A program made the translations under genes and the position numbers. From the NCBI RefSeq assembly GCF_000181795.1, contig NW_003526944.1, positions 3,748,596 through 3,812,595 of the forward strand: 64,000 bases of DNA, read 5' to 3'. The notes under the pieces were generated by a model that saw only the letters and a list, made by a program, of their open reading frames with translations, was not told the DNA's origin and did not search any database. Source of the DNA: Trichinella spiralis (taxonomy: Eukaryota). Of this stretch, positions 12,922-26,023 are shown one piece after another. Position 1 is the stretch's first letter, and every line of letters begins with the position of its first letter.

Positions 12922-13518
12922 ATGGGCAACTGGTTTGGTAAATCTCGTTCACGTGTCACTGATCATGATCAAGTAGTGCTACAGCTGAAATGTCAAAGGG
13001 ACAGAATGAAGCAAATGGAAAAACAGCTACACGTTAACATGGAACGTGAACGAAACGTTGCGAGAACTCTTTTAACTATGGGCAAGCGTGATGGGGCTTT
13101 GCTGATTTTGAGAAAGAAGCGTTTTCTTGAAAAAGAATTATTAAAATTAGCAGAACAGTTGGACAAAGTGGAACAACTCATTCATGGCGTTCAGTCGGCA
13201 CAAGTGCGAGCGTCGGTTTTGTCTGCTTTGAAAGATGGAAACGCTTGCTTGACTAATCTTAATCGTGTTTTCAACCTCGACGAGGTGGAAAATATTTTAC
13301 AAGAAACTCAAGTTTCAGCTGAATATCAGCAACAAATTAGTGATTTGATTTCAAATGCATTAAGCGGAATCGACGATGAAGCTGTCGATCAGGATTTTCA
13401 ACAATTGCTCAACGAAACCAACCAGATCATTCTACCAGACGTCCCAAGAGATACCCCTGTTATTGAAAAAGAAAGCACAGGAAAGAAAAAACCAATAACT
13501 TTAACTACCGACAACTGA
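12922..13518 (+). CDS. CHMP6: ESCRT-III subunit CHMP6/VPS20, intronless CDS
   Basis: Myristoylation-type start MGNWFGK, SRVTDHDQVVLQLKCQRD, Snf7-family helices and C-terminal MIM2-like LPDVP. Confidence 0.93.
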   Translation: MGNWFGKSRSRVTDHDQVVLQLKCQRDRMKQMEKQLHVNMERERNVARTLLTMGKRDGALLILRKKRFLEKELLKLAEQLDKVEQLIHGVQSAQVRASVLSALKDGNACLTNLNRVFNLDEVENILQETQVSAEYQQQISDLISNALSGIDDEAVDQDFQQLLNETNQIILPDVPRDTPVIEKESTGKKKPITLTTDN

Positions 13519-13663
13519 TTTACTGCTATGTAAATTTTCAAATTGCTTTCGGTAAATTTTATTCATTCTGAATTCCTTTTGAATGTTAATCTAACTTTAA
13601 AAAATTTAATCACTAATTTAAATATAATTTTCTTCTCCATGAATTTCTTCTGGCCACGATTTT

Positions 13664-15040
13664 TCAACGTCGACGATTTCCCCCTCCGCCTCCGCCACTA
13701 GCCAGAATCATCGCGATACGCATGAAGATGTTGATTGTATCCAAATAAATTCCAATTTGTCTAAATTAAAAACAATATTAAGATAAGCTAATTCAAAAAT
13801 TCAAATATAACAAATCTTACGCGTTAATTGGATCAAATGGTTTCAGAGCATAAGTGGGATAATGCTCAGCCATTTTGACAACACGCTGGGTGTCGTAAAG
13901 CAAAAATCCCGAAAACAACACCAAGCCTCCGTAGGTGACAACTGAATACATGCTGGCGCCCAACATTGTTGTCGGAGGCAAAAAGAAAGTACCTTAAAAT
14001 TACACAAATGACATGAATAAATCACTTTATTAAAATTTCCAGTTACCGATCGAAGATGCAAACACGATGCCCAAACCCATCGCTAAAACTCCACCCATGT
14101 TCAAAAATTTCTCGTTTGGAGCACACACAGCCACAGCGGACAAACCTTAAACTTTTAAATAGCTCTTTGTTTATAAATAAATAAAAATCAAATTTCACCT
14201 CCAACAACACCGGCAGTATAACAAGCTGCTCGAATCAAAAGCGGACCTCCAAGAAAAGACAGCGGAGCTATAACTGCTCCAAGAGTGCCACAATGTAATG
14301 CCCACGCGATGTGCTTCGCGTCCAATTTTGCTTTGTCATATGCAATACTTTGGCAAACAGCTCCAGTTCCAATCAACGCTGCCATTGTTCCAAACATCCC
14401 CTAAAAATGATTTAATTTAAAACGTGTGAAAAAGTTAACTTCACATCACTTTTGCTCACCAAAACTGAATTTCGAGTCAAGATATTCATGATGAACGGAG
14501 TTCGAGCGACAGCCATAGCAGAAGCTGTGGTAAGCAACAGACTACCACCAAGATACTGATACGTGCTGTGAACTCGGTTTCGTACATATTCAGGCCAAAG
14601 CCTAAATAATTTCATTCTTCGATTATAATGTAAAACATGAAAAAGTATAATGATCGTACATCGACTGTTCCAAAATACCGGATTCTGAAGATAAACCAAG
14701 TCCATAGTAACATAGAGCACCAATGCTCAATGCGGCCCCACCAGCTACAGCTAATTTACCAGCAAAAAAAGCTAAACAACACATAAAACAAGTTTAATTT
14801 TTCTTACATTATAGGATGCGTATTATTTCAAATAAATAAATAAATCTCACGTGTTTCGGTCGCCGGTTGAGTAAGAACTTCTTTCAGTGTCTTGCGACGA
14901 ACGGCTTGCCCAGCGCTACGATACGATCGAGTCGCAAACAGACGAATTGACTCCAATGAAAATCCACCATTTGTAGACTGTTTCAATACAGCCGACAAGC
15001 CGACATTAGAAAACGACCCACAACGCATAAATGACAACAT
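13664..15040 (-). CDS. GHITM: Growth hormone-inducible transmembrane protein (GHITM/MICS1/TMBIM5), multi-exon
   Basis: Arg-rich mitochondrial presequence, WPEYVRNRVHSTYQY, LGGPLLIRAACYTAGVVGG, CAPNEKFLNMGGVL, YGGLVLFSGFLLYDTQ, IYLDTINIFMRIA..GGNRRR*. Confidence 0.92.
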
Positions 15041-17329
15041 TTTCAGCAGAATATCCGAACGGAATTCAAGCAGCAACACTGCAACAAAACGGGTATAGTT
15101 ATTATTTACGGTAATGTAAAAGAAAAGTAAGTACATATCCAAGTTTACAGTAAAAAGGTAAACAGAAATTTATAAAGAAATTGAAAAGAAGACAAAATAA
15201 AAGAAAAAGAAACGAAACCAAAAACTAAGAAATTATTAGCGTTATTGACAAGTCAATATTTTTTGCCAATAAAAATTTAGTTGGGGGGTCGCTCTTAATT
15301 TTCATTTATAAATAACGGATTTCATAAACACAAAATATATGAAGAGAAATAAATCGTATCAATGATTCAAAAAAATATTTTTTTCAAAAAATAATTCATA
15401 ATACTAACTTTTTACATGATCATTTACTTTTTGAATGAAATATAATAAGCGATATCAGACAAATATCGTGTAAATAATCAGTGAGAGAAATATATTTAGA
15501 GAAAACTGAAGAAAATGATTTCAAACAGATTTTGTAATCATTAAAAAATAAATAAATTCGGTAAATGAACGACAGTAATGTTTCTGCACTAGTTCAAGAA
15601 TTTGAACATATCAGTCAGTTTTTGTTAATAAATTGGAACTTTTCGATTTAATACTGGTAATTACATTTTTATTCAAAATAATCCCTCCATCCAAATACAT
15701 GCCTATATTTGAATATTGTAATAAATTTTTGTAGAAAACGCTATTTGGTTGTTTAAATTTCCTCAAACTGTATTTTGTAAAAAAAGAAAATTAGATATTA
15801 AACATGAAATATAACTCAAAGATTTGCATGCAATATGTAATTTTTTTTCAATTCCCACCATTTGCATGATGGCGTGATAGTTTCTGTGCTTCATTATCAA
15901 CAGAAATGAACAAAATGAAAGTTTGCATGCTAATTCAATTTTCTTCATTCCTTTCAAAGTTTGATTTGAAATAATTGAAGGCTTATGGTGTACATTGACA
16001 GCAGAATTGGAGACGTTTCAAGGGAACGTCGGACAAGCATCAAGATTTGAATTCAAATTGGTCAATCGATTTTGGCAACAGTACAAACAACAGTACTTTT
16101 AAATCTGTTGTATTCAAACATTTATCTGTAAATGATGGAAAGTTGGCAATTCTTTTGTAAGTTGGATTTAATTTTTAAATTACATCAAAATATTATTGAA
16201 ATTGGATATTACATGCTCATGTTCAATAACAGTTTGTTAAGGTATTCAGATTTTTAACAAGAAAACAAATAAAGGATATTTAATTTGGCGTTGAGTTTCA
16301 GACAAGTACGCTACGCGCGTACTACACAGATTAGCGTTATCTAAGAATTATTCTTTCATTAACAATGCTCTTGTTTATTTAGCGTATAACTATTCCAACC
16401 GTAGTAGATATCATTAAGTTTTTTGAAAAAGAAAATCACTTCATATTCCTGCATCCATTATGATTAAAATGTAAATTATTTTTTTGATATAGCAAATTCA
16501 ATATATGAAATGAAATTCACTTGTTGTAAATTAATATTATGCATGACATGGGTGTAGTCTGGCAAAATAGAAGACTAAATTCAGCAAAGAAGCAGTGGTA
16601 TAGTTCTTGAATAAAATGCGCTTATTCATTTTCACGTTGCTTATCTCATAATATAGTAGAAGTGTCATTTAATGTTGAAAGAACAAAATATTTTCCTTGC
16701 GCTGATTTTTCCTAAAATAATATTCATAATATTTGTTAATTTATGATCTTACAATCTGCAAACAAAACTTATCTCCAAACGATGTTTTATTCACCAAAAG
16801 GTGTATAAATGTTTATCAATTATTTCGATTCCTTTAATATTATTACTATTTTCTTCGTAAAAAAGTTTTATCAAAAGTTGAACTATGCTTCTCATGATAT
16901 TAGGCATCTCAAATACAAAACAAAATAATTTTAATAAATTTAAATGCAAATTACATGAATAAAAATACTGCAAATTTCTAAACAAATAGATTAAAAATAA
17001 AAAATAGATGTAATCTTAATTATAAATATGAAAAATAATTTATTGAAGCCATCTGCTTGCTTGTATTTCACTGTCAGTTGATGTAGCGATTCTTGCAGCC
17101 CCAACAATGGGATGAGTTGCAACCAAGCTATGAAAAACACCATCGGAAGGCTGGCTCTGAAAACAATAGTAGCATTGCAGTCGATGGCTGATTCAGAGAA
17201 TAATGAAGATAATGCCGACAGTGGAAGTAAAAGAAGCCAGTTCTCTACTGCATTTCAAATAAACTCATTGAACAACTCCAAAAATCAAATGCTAATGATG
17301 AAATGGAATATTCGTATTTTCGTGAGGCG

Positions 17330-17600
17330 CGGAAATTTAAATTTTGATTATAAAATTCTTTTTTTTTTAAATTTGTTTTTGAAAAATATTGTTTACTTCA
17401 TTTTATTGTTTTTCTTTTTGTTTCAGTGTACTATGAAAACGATCGTCCATAAACTGAAAGAATCCAAATAATTTCCGGTTCGGATTTGTTGAAAATTCAA
17501 AAATACTCGGCATCTACTGTTTTCACTAATTTCATCTATATCTCGTCCACTTTGTTACATTGCTGTTTTCAAATTTGCATATGTTGTGTGGCATTTTTAT
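17330..17600 (+). repeat. Diverged direct duplication, copy 1 (partner ~18105-18380)
   Basis: Shared pyrimidine tract + tttcag|tgt, cataaa(c/t)tgaaagaatc and catatgttgtgtgg blocks. Confidence 0.7.
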
Positions 17601-18104
17601 CTATAGTTGTGCATATAAATCTGGTTTGAACAGCAGATGTTACAACTGCCGGCAGCATTTTAGAAGCTTTGAAATGCTCAAATCAGGCAAGTTCCGTCTC
17701 CCGTTTTCATTTCGATTAGAAAATTCATTTTTTGATAAATATTTCTCTTTTAAATTAGTTGCATTGAAACATATGGATTAAAAATCAAAAATAAATAACC
17801 ATAATAAAATAATGTTAAGGATTTATTATAAATAGAAAAATTATTTCATCGCTATTGGCAGTGGTAACGTCCGCTTGTTCGTATTCCACTGTAGGTTGAC
17901 ATTCTGGATTGCGCACTCTTATGCCAAAAGGATGTGTGTTGTCCGTGCTAACAGATACCAAGGGCTTGTCAGCAACGTGAGGCCCGATGGATTTATGCGT
18001 GACAATTTTATTCATCTAATACCATTTTTCAGCATCTCAAATGTACAATACAGAACAGCAAATATCATAAGTTAATAATAAAATGCGATCGTTTTATTTT
18101 CATG

Positions 18105-18380
18105 AAGCATTCGAATTTAAATTATGCTTTTGAGTGTAAAATTCATTTTTTTCAAATATTTGTTTTTTTAAAATATTTTTTACTTCTTTTGATTGTTGTT
18201 TTTTTGTTTCAGTGTTTTAACAAAACAATCATTCATAAATTGAAAGAATCTGTAAGAATCACAGTATTAAATTGTTCAAAATTATAGAATGGACAACATC
18301 CATTGTTTTGACTCATTTCTTTTTTACATCATCCACATTATTACCTTGCTATTTTATATTTACATATGTTGTGTGGTATT
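18105..18380 (+). repeat. Diverged direct duplication, copy 2
   Basis: Aligns by eye to ~17330-17600. Confidence 0.7.
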
Positions 18381-19781
18381 ATTCATCAATTACAGACTGT
18401 GCGAAACTTTACAACAATAATTACTACATTATTTCTGAACAATAAATATCATTGAATTGCTCAAAAAAGTAATATTACATGAAGTTTTGTACATATATTT
18501 AAAGTTCAGGCAATTAGTGAGTTATAGTTGCAAAGTAAACAAACGTCAACTTGTTTACCAGAATTTTTATGCAAATTTTTGATCGTGGACTGGACATAAA
18601 TTTTCTGATAAACAAGTCCTACTGTGGAGTACGCTGTGAAAACAAATACTTTTACGTCTTTTAATAGAAAACCCCACTAAAAAGTTTACATAAGTTGAAA
18701 ATTTACAATATTAACTATTTTGTTCTTCTCGACTAGAGAATACTATTAAATTTCTCAAAAAAAGCAATTTAAACAAAGTATTTTTTACAGATGCAATTAT
18801 ATCATCATTTTTTATCAAATCTATTGATTATATCATCATTATCATCAAAAACTTTTCAATTATATGCAGTTGAAGGCTGAAATTATTAACATTTCAATTT
18901 ATTTATTTTCTGCAGTTATCCTGGTATAACTGTAGAATACGCTCAATTTTTCAATTTACACTTTACACTTGCACATGGCGCTGAATTTCCATGTGAACTC
19001 AACTGATCTAATATCACAAAGCGCCAATTTACTTCTGTTATTCATGTAAGAAAAATTATTGTTTTCCATACGATAAGTTATTTAACATTATTATTACTTT
19101 ATATTAATTTTTCATTGTACATCATAAGAGAGTTTTTCTCCACATAATTTTGTTTGTCAGAATGCGCAGCCACATACTTTTTATTTTTTTGCAATAACTT
19201 TTATTTATGTAGGTCATTTTTGAAATTTGAAATTCCAAGTTAAGATATGCGGAGGCGTGTTTTGTCTAAGACAATGTTTTTGTTTTGGCGTATTTTTGTC
19301 AGATAGTTTATATTTTGACGTAATTTCAAATGTCAAGGTCATTTTTGAATTTTCAAATAACTGTCATTCGTATGATTTGTCATTTTATTTGATTTGTTTC
19401 CTCAAAGCATCAGTTTCTCTGGCTTTTTGCTAGTCAGCTTATAATATTAAATGAGCATGCATTTTATTTCTTATATTTATATTATTTCTAGTATTTAGAA
19501 TATGCGTGATAATAAAGATCAAATGAGAGTTTCTGTAATAAGAAGTGTTTCTATATTTGGCCAAGTTACAATTAAATTTTCTTTTCAAACCAGAATGCAT
19601 TAGTTAAGTAAATAAACGCAATGAAAAATATGCACTAGTCTCTTTTATCATCACAAATGAACAAAATAAAAATTTTGCATGCGAGGTCGTTCGCCTTATT
19701 GACATATTGGAAATAATTTTATGTTTGAAGCCGTCCGTGGACAAAGACACTGCGTTTGGAATGGGAAATTCACTGAAAACC

Positions 19782-20661
19782 NNNNNNNNNNNNNNNNNNN
19801 NNNNNNNNNNNNNNNNNNNNNNNNNNNNNNNNNNNNNNNNNNNNNNNNNNNNNNNNNNNNNNNNNNNNNNNNNNNNNNNNNNNNNNNNNNNNNNNNNNNN
19901 NNNNNNNNNNNNNNNNNNNNNNNNNNNNNNNNNNNNNNNNNNNNNNNNNNNNNNNNNNNNNNNNNNNNNNNNNNNNNNNNNNNNNNNNNNNNNNNNNNNN
20001 NNNNNNNNNNNNNNNNNNNNNNNNNNNNNNNNNNNNNNNNNNNNNNNNNNNNNNNNNNNNNNNNNNNNNNNNNNNNNNNNNNNNNNNNNNNNNNNNNNNN
20101 NNNNNNNNNNNNNNNNNNNNNNNNNNNNNNNNNNNNNNNNNNNNNNNNNNNNNNNNNNNNNNNNNNNNNNNNNNNNNNNNNNNNNNNNNNNNNNNNNNNN
20201 NNNNNNNNNNNNNNNNNNNNNNNNNNNNNNNNNNNNNNNNNNNNNNNNNNNNNNNNNNNNNNNNNNNNNNNNNNNNNNNNNNNNNNNNNNNNNNNNNNNN
20301 NNNNNNNNNNNNNNNNNNNNNNNNNNNNNNNNNNNNNNNNNNNNNNNNNNNNNNNNNNNNNNNNNNNNNNNNNNNNNNNNNNNNNNNNNNNNNNNNNNNN
20401 NNNNNNNNNNNNNNNNNNNNNNNNNNNNNNNNNNNNNNNNNNNNNNNNNNNNNNNNNNNNNNNNNNNNNNNNNNNNNNNNNNNNNNNNNNNNNNNNNNNN
20501 NNNNNNNNNNNNNNNNNNNNNNNNNNNNNNNNNNNNNNNNNNNNNNNNNNNNNNNNNNNNNNNNNNNNNNNNNNNNNNNNNNNNNNNNNNNNNNNNNNNN
20601 NNNNNNNNNNNNNNNNNNNNNNNNNNNNNNNNNNNNNNNNNNNNNNNNNNNNNNNNNNNNN
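19782..20661. other. Assembly gap (N run)
   Basis: N bases. Confidence 1.
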
Positions 20662-21934
20662 TCCTTTCTTTCTTGGTTGATTTAGCGGTGCATTTCATCT
20701 ATTCGTATTATATCATGGCTTAGGGTTAGATTTGGTCTTCAGCCAAAAGTTCTAACGCACTAAAAACCGGTTTCTAACGCTACACTATGCAAATAACTAT
20801 CGCTATAACGCTGCCTTATCATCAGTAAGGTTGCGTTTGTTTGTTTAATTTACGTGGCAATTGGTAGCATCGTTCAACGTTCTCTGAGTTCATTATAGCG
20901 TTAAGTAGCTGTTGAAGTCGGTTTGCAGAATTACTAACAAGTATTCCACTTTTCTACTTGCTATTTTTTTAAACTTTGTATACCCATTTTGTAAACAATT
21001 ACTTTTTAATTAGATAGCACTTAATTATTATATTTGTTGTAAATCTATTTTGTGATAAAGTGAAGATAGTTTTGATTTATTAATTACAGGTTTTATTAAT
21101 ATTATTATTAATATTATTATTATTAAGATATTTATATATTTAATCATTATCATTATTACAGGTTTAAAGAATGGAGCAAAGGAAATGTGAAAACACGGAC
21201 GGCACGAACCAGAACAAGAGAAGGCAAGAGGTAAATGCGATTTCTTGTAAATCTGTGAAGCAGGGCTGAGGATACTTCGATGGGGTGAAGTAATTTGTTG
21301 GTTTAATTAAATTACCTTAGTAATATATGAGAAGGATATTTTTCACTGTAAAACTGTACTTTTTTTTTCATATTAACATTAGGGAAGACTTCATCTTTAG
21401 AAAGATTGAAAGTTAATTTAGCAAATTATAACTTTATTTTATTTTCTTCAAAGTTCGCATGATCAGAGAAATATGGGATATTACTTTTTTTTTGTTGAGT
21501 AAAATTGTTTGTCCACGGACGCCCCCCGGGGGGCGAATTATTTTAGTGGAAAAGAATTTGCGAAGGGGTCCCTTTTTTGTGGGGGCTTTTTTCATTTTTC
21601 AACGGGGAAATTTCAAAATCGGAAGGCGGGGGTTTGGCCCAAAGCCAATTTTTTCTTTTGGGGCCAAAAAATTTAAAGGGGCTTTGGGATCCCTTTTTTC
21701 TGGAAAATGGAAATTGAAAAAGCAGAAAAATTTTTGATTTTTAATTTAACATTTTACAGGAATGACCCAAGGAAAAAAAAAAAAAGTGAAAACCGGAGCC
21801 AACACGAGGCAAATCGGGACCAACCCCGAACGAAATCGGGAAGACACCCAGACGAAACGGAGGACGAACCCAAAGCAATGCGGACCAAACCGAACGAAGA
21901 CGGAGGCCCAACCCAGGGCAACACGAGAAAAAAA

Positions 21935-22715
21935 AGTTCCCGGGACCCCCATTTTGGAGGGGTCGGGAGAGGGGAACATTCCAAAGGGGAAATTATCCCC
22001 AAATGGTAATTTAAGTAAGACCCAACCCTACAGGGCTGAGTTGAAATAATGGAAGTACTTGGTCTTTAACGCAGCAAATTTATGTATGCACTGCTTTCAT
22101 GTGTCGAATATTTTGATTCCGTATGTGTATTTTGTTTTCTTTTTACTAGGTATTCTGAGCATCATGCATATNNNNNNNNNNNNNNNNNNNNNNNNNNNNN
22201 NNNNNNNNNNNNNNNNNNNNNNNNNNNNNNNNNNNNNNNNNNNNNNNNNNNNNNNNNNNNNNNNNNNNNNNNNNNNNNNNNNNNNNNNNNNNNNNNNNNN
22301 NNNNNNNNNNNNNNNNNNNNNNNNNNNNNNNNNNNNNNNNNNNNNNNNNNNNNNNNNNNNNNNNNNNNNNNNNNNNNNNNNNNNNNNNNNNNNNNNNNNN
22401 NNNNNNNNNNNNNNNNNNNNNNNNNNNNNNNNNNNNNNNNNNNNNNNNNNNNNNNNNNNNNNNNNNNNNNNNNNNNNNNNNNNNNNNNNNNNNNNNNNNN
22501 NNNNNNNNNNNNNNNNNNNNNNNNNNNNNNNNNNNAGTTCCTGGGACCCCAATTCTGTAGGTCTGGGATTGGGATACTTCGAAAGGGCGAAGTTATCCCA
22601 TAGTTGTAATTAAGTTAACGACCAACCTACATGGCTGAGTTTTGAATTAATGCAGTACTTGGTCTTTCACGCAGCAAAATTTATGTATGCAACTGCTTTC
22701 ATGTGTCGAAATAAT
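21935..22715 (+). repeat. Near-duplicate sequence on both sides of a gap (probable unmerged overlap or tandem copy)
   Basis: agttcc(c/t)gggacccc...ggctgagtt...gtacttggtcttt...ctgctttcatgtgtcgaa appears at ~21935-22110 and ~22536-22710. The left copy has inflated homopolymers typical of low-quality read ends. Confidence 0.75.
22172..22535. other. Assembly gap (N run)
   Basis: N bases. Confidence 1.
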
Positions 22716-23689
22716 TGTTGATTTTTGCTCATATTGCAATTTTTTTCTTTTTTTTAAATAGTTTAATTTTGTACCATTTCCAAAGCAAATTTTTTTATTT
22801 TATTTTTATTTTTTAAATTTTTTCTCATTCAATCAAACTTTATCTTTCCTCACTTTATTCATTTCATTCAATTTTCAATTCTTATGCCGTTACTTCTTTT
22901 GATTTCTTTGATTTTCACTTTTTTCTTCTTATATTGTACATTTGCATGTTTTCTTCAATTTGTTTCTCCAAATATTTTTTCTCTGATTCTTTTATTTTGC
23001 GTTTGACTTTGTAAAATCTCTGACACATGAAAAGCATTGCATACAAATAAGTAAACACGTAACAAACGATGGAAAAATAATGCACATGGACAAGAAAGAA
23101 GACAAGTGGAGAAAGCCAAGATCGGTGAAAGGTTGGATCGAATCGTTTGTTGGTCCATTGCGTTCGTTGGTCAATTCCGTTCGTTGGTCAATTCCGTTCG
23201 TTGGTCAAGTAAGGTAAGTATAGGAACGTTGGAGAAGATAGATACGATTTGGCAAAGTCGAGTGTTGAAAGCTTCTTCATTACAAAGACACAATACACAG
23301 ACGTAACAAAAGACCAATACTGCGTTATTTCTTAACGATGATGCTCATGTAGGATTAGTTAAAAAGGGAAAAATCATGTTTGCCATTACTAGTTGCCAGC
23401 CAGCAATATTAATTAGTTTATAGGAACAAAAACAAAACAGTTAAAATGGGGGAAAATGAAATAATACACGTAACACAAGTAAATTAATAATCTATTTAAA
23501 AGTAAGAAAAAAAATTTTTTTTCCTTTAATATAAATCAAGAACAATGCAACAACAACAACAACAATTCTTTATTAATGAAAAAGTTTATTTTTCAAAAAA
23601 AAGATAAATGTGCAATGTAATACAAACAAACAGATAAAGTCTGGCATAAATGAGTTCTGCGAAATGGCAAACATGCCGGAAATGGGACT

Positions 23690-24470
23690 TGAAATATTTA
23701 ATGCAGGTGGAGGATGGAGAGACCAAAAATGGGCCCCATCCTGGAGCGTGAAGCTCCCTTCCCTTAGACAAGGGAGAGTGCAAACTCTTCCTTGCTCTTT
23801 GGGCAGGCAGAGCGCACGCTCCTCTTCCCTGGAGCGGGGAAAGCCTAGCTTTCCGCGCTGAGAGGCGGGTGAGACTTAGTTGTTTCACCTGCCTCAGATG
23901 TGCGGGGAGTTTAGTGCTTTTCCCCGCTCCAAGAGGAAGGNNNNNNNNNNNNNNNNNNNNNNNNNNNNNNNNNNNNNNNNNNNNNNNNNNNNNNNNNNNN
24001 NNNNNNNNNNNNNNNNNNNNNNNNNNNNNNNNNNNNNNNNNNNNNNNNNNNNNNNNNNNNNNNNNNNNNNNNNNNNNNNNNNNNNNNNNNNNNNNNNNNN
24101 NNNNNNNNNNNNNNNNNNNNNNNNNNNNNNNNNNNNNNNNNNNCACGTGCTGGCCTCGCGATTTTGGCCGAGATGACCTTGGGTGGATCCATCTGATCCA
24201 CCCTCGACGGACCAGATGGACATCTGATCCGCCGAAGACGTAGCTTCCGCACCAGATGGCGTGCGTTGCTAGGCAGATGTGAACCGTTACGCCTACAAAG
24301 CCTTGCCGCCTCATGCACATCAAATTGCCGTCACACCTGATACTCAATATTAATGTACTGTCCTGCAGAACCAACTCATGTTTGCATACTTACCGTATGA
24401 TTTACAACTCATCATTATTGATTTAATGTATTATGCCTACTTATCTTTTCAAATAAAACTGACTACTGTA
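23690..24470 (-). mobile_element. Possible degenerate LTR-retrotransposon fragment around a gap
   Basis: GC-rich island. Minus-strand peptide KGRELHAPGWGPFLV resembles the Ty3/gypsy integrase C-terminal KL.P.W.GP[YF].V motif. No RT/RNaseH visible. Confidence 0.3.
23941..24143. other. Assembly gap (N run)
   Basis: N bases. Confidence 1.
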
Positions 24471-25321
24471 AGTTGCTGTTTTTCTCATTGCAATTAAAGC
24501 ATTCTAATTAACTATTCAAAAACCCTGCATTAATACGTAATTGCGAGTGACGTTATTATACCTAATTATAAAATATTATGACCCACTTTTGTGTTTACAT
24601 TGTATGTTAATCATTAATTAAAAAACTCTCACTGCTAAAATATGTTGTTACGAGTGAAGTTGTTTAACCTAATTAGAAATTAAAATACTCAATGTTGCAT
24701 TTACGTTGTATTTTAAACTTTCTAATTAGCATATTAAAATTAATCTTATATTTATACTTTGTTTTCCTACATGTTACGGATTAATAACATTCTATTTATA
24801 GAAGATTACTTCCTATTTATCAAAAGATTATACTCGTTGCACCTTGTCTAAGCTAATAGTTTATTTAATTTATTCCAAGTTTACTTTTGCCACTGCCTAA
24901 TTAAAGGAGACCCCGATTAACATTTTATAAGTAAAAAATTTATATTCAAACAATAGCTAATTCATCAATAATAAATAAATATATTATTGTTAATTTAATG
25001 TTTAGTATATTTCACCCCTTTTAACTGTTTACATTACACTGTTTTAAAGTAGAAATCTACTTTGACATTACATTATTTAATGTGAAAAACTGCTTTACAA
25101 TAAAATTATATTATTATCACTATAAAATTAATGAATAATTAAAACCTTTTATAGGATGAAATGTAAATGAAAAACTGATAACTTTTCTACTTTAAACAGT
25201 GTAATGTAACAAAGCTGAGTTGCTTATTATTAGATGAATGACATTATATTTTATTTATCATTTAAGTTCCTAAATGAAAAATTATGTAAAATTTTTAACA
25301 AATTTAGCTATTAGTAATGAT

Positions 25322-26023
25322 NNNNNNNNNNNNNNNNNNNNNNNNNNNNNNNNNNNNNNNNNNNNNNNNNNNNNNNNNNNNNNNNNNNNNNNNNNNNNNN
25401 NNNNNNNNNNNNNNNNNNNNNNNNNNNNNNNNNNNNNNNNNNNNNNNNNNNNNNNNNNNNNNNNNNNNNNNNNNNNNNNNNNNNNNNNNNNNNNNNNNNN
25501 NNNNNNNNNNNNNNNNNNNNNNNNNNNNNNNNNNNNNNNNNNNNNNNNNNNNNNNNNNNNNNNNNNNNNNNNNNNNNNNNNNNNNNNNNNNNNNNNNNNN
25601 NNNNNNNNNNNNNNNNNNNNNNNNNNNNNNNNNNNNNNNNNNNNNNNNNNNNNNNNNNNNNNNNNNNNNNNNNNNNNNNNNNNNNNNNNNNNNNNNNNNN
25701 NNNNNNNNNNNNNNNNNNNNNNNNNNNNNNNNNNNNNNNNNNNNNNNNNNNNNNNNNNNNNNNNNNNNNNNNNNNNNNNNNNNNNNNNNNNNNNNNNNNN
25801 NNNNNNNNNNNNNNNNNNNNNNNNNNNNNNNNNNNNNNNNNNNNNNNNNNNNNNNNNNNNNNNNNNNNNNNNNNNNNNNNNNNNNNNNNNNNNNNNNNNN
25901 NNNNNNNNNNNNNNNNNNNNNNNNNNNNNNNNNNNNNNNNNNNNNNNNNNNNNNNNNNNNNNNNNNNNNNNNNNNNNNNNNNNNNNNNNNNNNNNNNNNN
26001 NNNNNNNNNNNNNNNNNNNNNNN
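25322..26023. other. Assembly gap (N run)
   Basis: N bases. Confidence 1.

Noticed and set aside
21459..22049. Cluster of overlapping ORFs in G/C-homopolymer-rich sequence
   Set aside because: Low-quality contig-end sequence; the cleaner duplicate after the gap shows inflated homopolymers.
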